Source of the DNA: Amoeboaphelidium occidentale
Lineage: Eukaryota
DNA: 22,182 bases
NCBI GenBank assembly: GCA_023515795.1
Contig: JALGPX010000001.1
Span: forward strand, 186,001 to 208,182
Direction of reading: 5' to 3'
How positions within the stretch are numbered: position 1 is the stretch's first letter; every line of letters begins with the position of its first letter. The notes below the pieces were generated by a model. It was not told where the DNA came from. It made no database searches and worked only from the letters and a program-made list of their open reading frames with translations. Shown here in pieces: positions 11,455-20,490 of this stretch. Made by a program: the position numbers and the translations under genes.

Positions 11455-14400
11455 ATGTGCTCTTTGAAGTATTTATTATTGGCCGCCCTGTTTCAAGTGG
11501 CTCTAAGTGCGCCCCCGGTCGTAACGAATGTAAAGTACAGCAAAAGGCCTGTAACTGTGGATGGTAAAACTGTTGATGCTCACGTTTTTGGTCTCGAATT
11601 CGACAGTCCTGTCTTTGTCGAGAAGAAGAATGTTACCGTAAGTCTCCTTTACAAGAGCTCAAAGGGTCTCAACGTTTGTAGATTAACGGCTTTGGTGGCT
11701 ACTCAAGAGACGATTCTGCCTTCTCGTTTAATTATGTAAATTTCAAAGGTGTTCTGCAGGGTGTTCAGCTTCCGACTTATTTGGACTGGTTTCAGTATGC
11801 TTATGCTACATTGTGGCAGGCTGGTATGGCTTTCTTTGGTGCTAATTGGCTCTAACGCTGTAGATTATCCTGTTTCGCTCAGTTGCAATGGTGTTAAACA
11901 TGTTCCTGATAGTTTCACTCCTGGTCCTATTTCCTCTGTACCTCAGCAGATCTTTATGGGAGACACTCCGGATGCTTTGGCTGGGTTCTTGGCAACATAT
12001 TACAACATTTATGGGTTGTGGCCTTCTCTTCCTTCTGCAAAGAATCGTGCTGTTTACATTGCTTTTGGAGAGATTGCAGATGCTGGTGGTTCTTCTTACT
12101 CTCAGATTTCTACTTTGGATGAAAAGATCAAGAATGGTGAATGCCAGTTGAACATTGAGCAAATCTTTAACGCTGAAAATCAGCAATTGACCCAAACTTT
12201 CAGTTCTGCCAATTTTACCTTTGCTAATCCTCCTCTTTGTGATAATACTGGGTTTGTAGAACAGTATAACCGATACAAGACTGCAGTTTCGTCTATTTTG
12301 AAGAGAAAGAATGTTGAAACGTATGTGGATGCTGAGAATGCGCTGAATGTTCTGAGGGCAACTGATTCATGGTATGGTTGTGAAACAATGGCAAAAAAAC
12401 TAGCCCTCAGCAATTCGACTGCTACAATTAACGTTACATCGACTGTTTGTGATAAGCAGCCTGGAACATTTGGTTTTGATACAGATCCTTGTTGCAGTGG
12501 AGATGCTGCCAGAACCCAATGTTGTGCAAAGAAGAATGATTTGGTTTCTTTCAAAGAATTCAACTCATACAGACAATTATCTCTGTCTGAATGCGCAAAG
12601 GATGGTCTTGGTCAGGTTGTTGGTGCTTTGCAGGATTATGTTGAAATGGAACATCAATCTTTTGCAAAGACCTCTGCTTGTTCCAATATTCTGTTCAATG
12701 AGTTTGGTGTTTCTTCCATCGATGATTTACCCTCTGATTTATTCTCCAAGATGTCACAGTATATTAATGAATGCGAAAATGCTATTATTGGTAATGGTAA
12801 TCAACCAGAGTGTTCTTCTGATGCTGATTGTTATACAAAGTGTCTCATTGACTATGGAAAGAAAACCGGCTTTTGTAAGTTACCTTTAGGACAAGAGAGT
12901 GACGCTTTTGCTAAATGTATCAATGAAAGAGCTGACGGAAAAGTTGCTGAAGTTTTGTTGCTGCTTTTGGATAGTTTCAACACCAATGGCGCAGCTGCCA
13001 TTAAAACCCGTCTTGACGATAGATTAACCGAAAATGTTTGTTCTGGAGATACGTCAAGAAAATACAATGGTGGTTGGTACAAGCCTTCTCCTACCTATCA
13101 ATGGGTCTCTACTTCGACTATAAATCCTTCTTCAACTGTAACACAAACTGTGACTGGTAATTATCCTACTCCTACTGCGACACTTGGAACAGTGTTGGAT
13201 GGATATGCAATTGTTTCAACGTATATTTATCGCAAGAGCAGCTATGACTTAATCGGGTCCGCTTATGAAGAATGTGATGCTTCTCAAAATGTTCCTGGTC
13301 TTGTAGGATCTTTGAAAGACAATGGATGTTTCTTCCTTCCAGAATCAAAGGACTCTTGTACTACTGATGAAACTTGTAACTGGAATTACAAGCCTGAATC
13401 TTTGACCCAGTGTTCTATTGCAAGATACTACGATAACAACATGTGTGGTGAATGCACCCAAGGAAAATGTTTTGATAGATCGTTAAAATCACTTTGTGCT
13501 TACAGCAAGGCGGTTGTTGATGAACCATCAGTCTCAGACTCAGGTGAATGTACTGCTCTTGGTGGAACTGCTTGGAGCGACGCCGCTGATCCTTCATCTC
13601 CAAAGTATTGTTTGGTTGATGATGGACAGCAAAAGCTAACCCAGTCCCAATGTTTGAATTCTTGTTACTCGGGTCCGAATCCAACTATCACAAGGGGCTG
13701 TTACAACAAAAATATTGCTGAAGCTGGTGCTTGTTCGAATGCAACAAATGGAGCTGGTTATCTTTCTGCTGTTTTCGACGATTCCAGAAAGAAAACTACT
13801 TTCATCTGCACTGTTTCTGCTAATTCGACATCTTGTCCTTCAATGTACGGGTCTGCCGGCTTTCAATGGCAATTTCCTTACAGGGAGTTCGGTAGCGGCA
13901 CCAATGCTAGAAGTGAAGAGAAGGATACGATGCTTGGAATGCTCTGCGAACAAAGTTACTGCTACAACCATGATATTAAAGATCCTTCAATCTGTGAAAC
14001 TATGAACGGAACTTCTGTTGATGGTAAGACTTATTACGGTTTCATGGACTATAATTTGGATAACGGTGATGGCTCTTGTCGTATTGGTTTCAAGACGGAG
14101 GGGTCCAATTTAACATCCTTCAGACAAGCTTGTGAAAGTGTGGTTGTACCAGAAGGCTATGAGCCATTTAACACTTACCTTGGTCGTACTTATAGACGAG
14201 GTTTATTTGAGAATCAAGATGAATGTGGCAGAAACGGATACTGCGACGACAATCCTTTCATTCCTCCTACCGAATGTGCTTCTACAGATAAGTGTCGCGG
14301 CCTTTGCCAAGGATGTGTTTCTGAGCATAATGGTAAATTAGGCATGCCAGACTATGCAATCTGTGTCTCATCAGATTTGAATCAATGTCTCGATGATGTA

Positions 14401-17400
14401 AGGGCAGGATACGGCGCCAAAGTTGACATTGCTCTAAACAAGTGTATTTATCGCGGGCTTACCGGTATCAACAGATGTTCTTCAGTTGGAGGTAACATTC
14501 TAACTTGTTCGTCCTTTTCCTCCTCATCTTGTGCATTCTCTTTGTATCAAGATTACCTTCAATGTTCATGGGGTAAGAAGAAATGCAGCGGTCAAGCTGA
14601 ATGCGAGGACAATGCTGGAAAATGCAGCGATAGATATGATTTTCCTAATGCTAATGGTCAATGTTTGTTTGGTTTTGAATCTGATCCTGAATCCTACACA
14701 CCATCCACAAAATGTCCAGCTGGTAGAACCTCAACAAAAATTGGTTGTATTGATTCTTCGTTTACAACATCCTTCTCTTGTTCTTCAAGTGGTGGAACTT
14801 GGGTGAAACCTGCGACCAATAAGGATGAATGTCTTGCAAGAACTGGATGTTGTGAAAGTGGCTATAATTGTGATCTATATTTGTCTTCAAAGAATGAGAC
14901 CGAATGTACAGCTTGTGGAGGAACATCGCGCTCTGTGTACTCTTGGACTTCTGGAGTTTGGGAGAGAGGTTCTAGCACACCTGTATCTTGGGTCAGAAGA
15001 GATGTTACGAAGCAAAACATTTGGACTTCGGCGCTCAGTGTCAGAAGCTTAAAGTTGTGGGTTGCAGAAGCCGCAAGTAATTTTATTTTGTTAATCTAAC
15101 AATTTTAGGGAAATTTGTATCAGACAAAGTGCAAGCCTATTTAACGTGTAAGTCAAGTCAACTATTTTCTGCTTTACCAACTATTGCGTGCCGATGTGGT
15201 ATCAACAACGATAATGGTTGTCTCTTTTCTTATGGTATGACGGGGCCCCAAATTTTGTACACTGAGTATGGCTGTCCTTCGTCAAAGAAAGTTTTCGGAA
15301 AAGGAATCTCTTTAAGTCTTTCTACAATGGCAGGACTAAGTTGCGCAAGAAATAACTTATCAGTATCATTCTTTCCTACTACACTTGTTGATGGCCAAAC
15401 TAATTTGACAACTTCTGTAGGTGGGCTTGACGGCGGATTCGATGTCTCTGGCCTGCATAAACGTGAAGTATCTTTCATCACCGATGCAAATAGTACAGAC
15501 GGAAAAGGAGGTTCAGGTTCCGCAGTTGTTGATAATATTCAGTACATCCCCGGATCCGCTACACCTGGTTGTTATGAAAGAGTGCAAAATTCCTTCAGAG
15601 CATTCGTCGGTCAAATTAGAGGTGACTGTTACAAGATTGAGGGTACTATTCCACAATCTGGTCTTCAAGCATGTTTGGCTATCAAGCCATCTATTCCTCA
15701 TGATACTGTTAATTTTACTATTCCTGCAATCGCAGAAATGAGACTTGATGAAAAATTTAATGCTGAATTCACTGTTGTCCCCGGTTCTGTCACAGATAAT
15801 GGTGAAAGTTTCTGCTTCCAGGTGTCTAGAGCTAGTGCTTACTGTCCAGGTAAATGTTTACTTAAAGTGTCTTAACTCTTTTAGCGTCCGTTATTCCTGG
15901 ATCTTCTAGTGTTAGATCGAGATCTCGTTCAGGAGCTTGTACTGTTGTGAACTTTGTCAATGAAGACGTAAAAGCCGCAGATATCGCTGCTAGAGCCGGT
16001 GCCGGAAGTTTTGTTTTTGGAAACTTGGACAGAAGTCTTGCAGCAGGACGACCTTTTAGATCTTTCAATGTATTTGTGAACTTACCCAACAATGCTGGTT
16101 CTGCAGTCTCTGCTTATTTTCCTGTGTCGCTTTCTGTTGTTAGCAGAAAAGATGGTGTCAGGTTATTAGGTACTGCAAGAGTTAATGCCAATAATGGTGT
16201 TGCGACTTTTGATGATGTTTCTGTTAGTACTGCAGGAAGCGGGTATACTTTGAAAGTTTCCGGATTTTCAGTTCCACCAGTGGTTTCTCAGCAGTTCCAA
16301 GTCAATCCAGGTGGAGCTTTTGGTTTGCGCTTCGTAGACCAGCCTAAGGGTGCAGCTGTAGGAAGAACTTTCAAAAATATTCCTTCAGTTCAAGTTGTTG
16401 ATTTGTTTGGTAATCCTTTCTTGCAGAATACTTTCCAAATCGATGTCACCCTAGTTCATTTGCCTTCAAGAAGAGAGTATGCCGTCACAGGGTATAGTTC
16501 TATTTCTACAGCTTCTGGTTTTGCTTTCCTACCTGGTATCGTTGTTGATTTTGCTGGTTCAAATTTTGTGTTGAAAGCATCTTCGCAGACTCTATCTCCT
16601 ACTTTTAGTGAGCCGTTCAATATCGGCCCAGCCAATGAGTCTCCCATGAAGCTTACCTTTGACACAATTTCTCAGCAAAACTTCAACGAAGACTTCACTG
16701 ACACTATCAAAGTTAAGGTTTATGATTCAAGAGACATCTTCGTTCCTTCAGCAAGTGGGCAAGTGACCCTTTCTATTGGAAACACGACAAGACAAGATGC
16801 TAGGCTTTCTGGCGAGCTGACAAGGCCTATTATTGGGGGCGTAGCCACATTTTCTGGTGTTAGAGTTACTCTTCCTGGTCAAAGTTTCAATTTGCTTGCA
16901 ACTAGCGCTTCTCTTGGTTCTGGTATTTCGAACTCGTTTATTGTTATTGGTCCTGCAGCATTTGAATTCTTTTCTGTTCCATCTGTTGTAGTTGCTGGAG
17001 AACCTTTCACTATTGTTGTTCGTTGCATTGATGTGGTTAGAAATTTTTATAGCAGATTGCCTGATGAGGCGGTCACTATCAGTTTACGTGTAAATCCAGT
17101 TCAAGCCAACTTAAACGGTGAAACAACTGTGTTTACCTCTGGCGGTACAGCTTCTTTTGAGAATCTTGTTATTGATTCTGTGGGTGAAGGATTCCAATTC
17201 AGAGTTCTCTCTACAAGCGAATACCTTGGGTTGTCCAAGTTTTTTAATGTTGTTGAACCAGGAAGTCTTGACACCAGAACCGCAACATCAACTGACAGGG
17301 GGCAATTTAACTCTGTGAGACCTCCAGGCTCTAACCAGGACCAGATCACTGGAGCCAAAAGGTCAGACGTGAATCCTCCATTGCTAGGAAGTATAATTGG

Positions 17401-17575
17401 TGCTGCTTGTGTTGGCTTGGCTACCATTATCGTATTTATGTACAGAATGAGTGTACCGAACAGACCAAAGAGGCAAAAGATACCAAGTAAGAGTACAGGA
17501 GAGTCATCTTCGGTATCATCAAAGGTTTCAGCTACTTCTGATCTAAAAATGAGGAATGTTCAAAGCTCAGGATAA
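11455..17575 (+). CDS. Large Cys-rich type I membrane/surface protein with four Ig-like repeats (~1989 aa). Exons 11455-11637, 11682-11823, 11864-15076, 15109-15849, 15885-17575
   Basis: Signal peptide MCSLKYLLLAALFQVALSA. Four GT-AG introns (44, 40, 32, 35 nt) join the separate ORFs into one frame of 5970 nt. Long Cys-rich ectodomain, four beta-rich repeats, TM helix LLGSIIGAACVGLATIIVFMY (~17381-17443) and a short basic/Ser-rich tail. Confidence 0.85.
16010..17264 (+). repeat. Four tandem ~105-aa Ig-like protein repeats
   Basis: Recurring pattern: LLGTARVNANNGVATFDDVSVSTAGSGYTLKVS / VTGYSSISTASGFAFLPGIVVDFAGSNFVLKAS / LSGELTRPIIGGVATFSGVRVTLPGQSFNLLAT / LNGETTVFTSGGTASFENLVIDSVGEGFQFRVL. 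Confidence 0.75.
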
Positions 17576-17628
17576 TGGGATTCAATAGATCCAAGTAATG
17601 CAGTATCCTTTATTTCGAATGCGTTTCC

Positions 17629-17910
17629 CTAGTCTCCTTTAACTTCAGCTTCTGTTGAACTCGGAACATCAATAATTGCAGTGCTTTCAACCTCCTGAAT
17701 CGGCATGTTCTGCTTTCGCTTGATGTCCAAAGACAGCTTCTTCGTGTAGGCAATCAGGGCGAGCACAACGATGAATGTAAGAAAGAGCGCAGATATGACA
17801 ATGATCGCTACTGTTCCTCCATCATTGATATGTGATGTAGGCAACATCCTTCGAACTGATTGAAACGTCCTGCTACTTGTAATAAGAATTGAAATAGATC
17901 CCGTTGACAT
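17629..17910 (-). CDS. Small single-pass membrane protein (~93 aa), unknown function
   Basis: AAAATG start at 17910. Hydrophobic stretch TVAIIVISALFLTFIVVLALIAY is followed by basic TKK...KRK (positive-inside rule). Occupies its own intergenic space. Confidence 0.55.
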   Translation of the reverse strand: MSTGSISILITSSRTFQSVRRMLPTSHINDGGTVAIIVISALFLTFIVVLALIAYTKKLSLDIKRKQNMPIQEVESTAIIDVPSSTEAEVKGD

Positions 17911-18110
17911 TTTAGAAAAAGAATTACAGATCCTTGTTACCAATTGAAGATATCATCCACTGTCAGTAGCGTCAGATGATAAAAATGGCTGATGAGGAAT
18001 GATATCGATCTAAAGCAGAACTCAGGGGCAGCGATCACAACAGATCAAAGGAGGCGCACGGTCGATTCACAGTCTTTTTCATCCGTCACCGCATTACAAT
18101 ATTTTCCATC

Positions 18111-19961
18111 ATGCCGCCGCGTACTTCCTTACCAAAAGAGCCCAGCCGCACATCAAGGAAGTTGCATTCTAACCGAAAAGGAAACAATGCCAATGTCGCC
18201 AGCCAATACGCTGAGAATGATGAGGAATGTTCTTATTGTGGCACGAATTGTACTTGTAATGCATCAAACCTCCGTGGATCTGAAGCGATATCGTCCTCCC
18301 CATCGAGGCGCTCGAACAGAAGAAATCGAATGCCCTCCAGAGGTCCTAAACATGATGATGCGTATGAAGCTCAGGATTTCTCCGATTCATCGGTTTACTA
18401 TTCACCAATGGAAGATTTTGAGTCAGAGGCTGAAGAAATGGGAGGTATTGCGAGTCGTGTTCATAAACGTGCCGCAAGAGTTCGTAGCGCGAATCGCAGT
18501 GATGGGGTTCTTAGCGAAGATTACAGTTCATCAGAGAATCTTTCTGATAATGAAGGAATGTCAACTTCGTCATCCGTTAAGGATTTAATGCTTTCGGAGG
18601 AGCAGTTGATTTGTGAAGAAGGAATGAACTCTGATGAAGAGCGTCTAAACAATGCGGCTGATGTAACAGATGAATTTAATGCGCTTTTGAAAACAGATCC
18701 AAACGAAATTGATCACCTTTGGACAAGCGAAGAAGAAATTATGGCTTTGTTGAACGATACCTCTTCTTCGTCTGCTTCAAGCGCGGAATCTGAACAAAAG
18801 AATCCCACTGTAACTGGCCATGGGAATTCTTCAAAGAAAAGCAAAGTCTGCAGAAGAAAGCGTACAAACAAGAGATCAAACGAGAATTCAGAACATTGCG
18901 TTAGTAATTCAAATCCTTTGTTGACACCAGAAATTATCCAGGCTTACTTGGCTAGCCGCGGAATTATCGTGTCTCATTCCCATGCGGTGCAATTGGCTGT
19001 CAATGTTTCGTCTGGTCTGCCTTCACCTATTAATTCGCCTATCGTCGAAAGAAAAACCACCAGATCTTACACTGCGACGAATAATTCTGTGGTTAATACG
19101 AAGCAAACCTCCAAATTATCTGCACTTGCATCTATTGCTGCCAAAGAATCAGATTTAAAGGCTACACTTTTCAATGACGCAAGGAACATTGATATATTAC
19201 GTGGACAGAATTTGGATAATATCTCTAGGAGAGTTACTAAAAGCTCAGTTTACACATTCAATGGATCAACCATGGGAGTCAAAGAAGAATTAACAATCGA
19301 ATCTTTAGTTGAAATCGATATGAAAGATGATTCAAGAAGCTCTAATATTGCGTCTAGTTTCATAAAGAATGTTCATGATGTTCCAGAAGATGTTAGGCGC
19401 TGGCAAAAGATCCCTATTGGAACTTTCATGAGATCCAGGAAAAATTCTACACCGGTGCTTAAGTTGAGTAAAGCTGTCAAGAATACATTTGGAGTCGTTC
19501 CAAAGAGCATTCATGAAACGCTTGCTACTGGGAAAGCAAAGTATGAAGTTCTGAAAAAGATGGATGTTAATGTTAGCAATGCTGACAAATCCGCCTACAG
19601 GCATTTGTACCATGACGACGAAGATGACCACTGTAGTTGCAGTGAATGTGAGGACAATGCGGTTTATTCTGTCACGAATGTAGAGTCACACGGAATTTCT
19701 AAACGCAGCAATTCTTCAATGGATGAAGAGAGAAGAATGTACAAACGTGTTTTAGAATCAGAAATTGCAAAGTCTGACAACAGAAAGAGAAAACGCAAGA
19801 TTAGCATGAATTTCAATGATTTGTCTTTAATTATTCAAGATGTTAACCAGCCGCCATCAAATTGCGCCTCCCCATCAAGCCTGTTTATTTCCTCACCAAA
19901 CTTGTCTGCAATGCCTGTTCACTTTGATTTTGATGAATTTGATTTGGGGCCATCAGCATAG
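18111..19961 (+). CDS. 616-aa largely disordered Ser/acidic-rich protein, probably nuclear, function unknown
   Basis: Long uninterrupted ORF. Basic NLS-like tracts (KKSKVCRRKRTNKR, RKRKRK), acidic blocks, Cys clusters CSYCGTNCTC and HCSCSEC, and a compact motif RRWQKIPIGTFMRSRK. Confidence 0.8.
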   Translation: MPPRTSLPKEPSRTSRKLHSNRKGNNANVASQYAENDEECSYCGTNCTCNASNLRGSEAISSSPSRRSNRRNRMPSRGPKHDDAYEAQDFSDSSVYYSPMEDFESEAEEMGGIASRVHKRAARVRSANRSDGVLSEDYSSSENLSDNEGMSTSSSVKDLMLSEEQLICEEGMNSDEERLNNAADVTDEFNALLKTDPNEIDHLWTSEEEIMALLNDTSSSSASSAESEQKNPTVTGHGNSSKKSKVCRRKRTNKRSNENSEHCVSNSNPLLTPEIIQAYLASRGIIVSHSHAVQLAVNVSSGLPSPINSPIVERKTTRSYTATNNSVVNTKQTSKLSALASIAAKESDLKATLFNDARNIDILRGQNLDNISRRVTKSSVYTFNGSTMGVKEELTIESLVEIDMKDDSRSSNIASSFIKNVHDVPEDVRRWQKIPIGTFMRSRKNSTPVLKLSKAVKNTFGVVPKSIHETLATGKAKYEVLKKMDVNVSNADKSAYRHLYHDDEDDHCSCSECEDNAVYSVTNVESHGISKRSNSSMDEERRMYKRVLESEIAKSDNRKRKRKISMNFNDLSLIIQDVNQPPSNCASPSSLFISSPNLSAMPVHFDFDEFDLGPSA

Positions 19962-20280
19962 ACTTTAATATATATTCTAAAAGCGAGTGGTTCGACTTTA
20001 AAAGAAGTTTTAGACTATAGATCATTCTCATCACTTGCATTAAATACGTTTGAAAGGGTTTCAAAGCTTTAGCATCATGACTTTAGAGTTATTTCTACAT
20101 GATTAACAAACCGAAAGCTTCATACTCATTTGCATCGTTTGAAGCGAAATGGCACACGGTTCATCATGATGATAGTAAGGCCTGCGAGGAACTAATGAAA
20201 CAACTGTAAACTTTAAATTCAATGTACGCCTAACACTGAAAAAGCCTTAATATTCCACCATAAGAACAATTAGTACGTTT

Positions 20281-20373
20281 TGATGCTGGTTTGGGAGGAA
20301 ATTTTCCTCGCTAAAGTTGCTTGCCAACTAAGGTTGCCGCAAGCCGGCTTGTCAAGCCGACGCGCAGCATTCA
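20281..20373. repeat. Cluster of nested inverted repeats forming a potential four-way junction
   Basis: GAGGAAA-T-TTTCCTC (20295-20309). GCTTGC-CAAC-TAAG-GTTG-CC-GCAAGC (20319-20344). CGGCTTG-T-CAAGCCG (20345-20359). All enclosed by TGATGCTG (20281-20288) and CAGCATTCA (20365-20373). Confidence 0.7.
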
Positions 20374-20401
20374 GAATTAGATAGTAAAAAAATAAAACTT
20401 A

Positions 20402-20490
20402 CCTGCATACTTTAACCTGATAATCCTAAGAGTACCGGTTCTGCGGTCTTGCGACTGGTAGTAGCCTACAGGCCCGAAGGCTCACGAGTT
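20402..20490 (-). ncRNA. Candidate Fanzor omegaRNA scaffold / element right end
   Basis: Overlaps the 3' end of the Fanzor ORF. Minus strand shows GCC-TTCG-GGC (20481-20472) and GTC-GCAA-GAC (20455-20446) tetraloop hairpins, a TACC/GGTA stem, and CTGTA (20471-20467) able to pair with terminal TGCAG (20407-20403). Sequence turns abruptly AT-rich afterwards. Boundaries are inferred. Confidence 0.55.

Noticed and set aside
17992..18588. 198-aa alternative-frame ORF
   Set aside because: Overlaps the 616-aa gene in another frame and has no domain-like features; treated as a shadow ORF.
19985..20000. tRNA or B-box (GGTTCGACT)
   Set aside because: No cloverleaf stems or A-box at a suitable spacing.
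20099..20209. 36-codon ORF MINKPKASYSFASFEAKWHTVHHDDSKACEELMKQL
   Set aside because: Too short, with no recognisable motif. Cannot be distinguished from chance or a gene remnant.
19962..20425. CRISPR-like or tandem guide array beside the nuclease
   Set aside because: No repeated direct units seen, only inverted repeats.
20395..20480. U1 snRNA (ACTTACCTG on +)
   Set aside because: No U1-70K loop (GATCAC), U1A loop (ATTGCAC) or Sm site follows.
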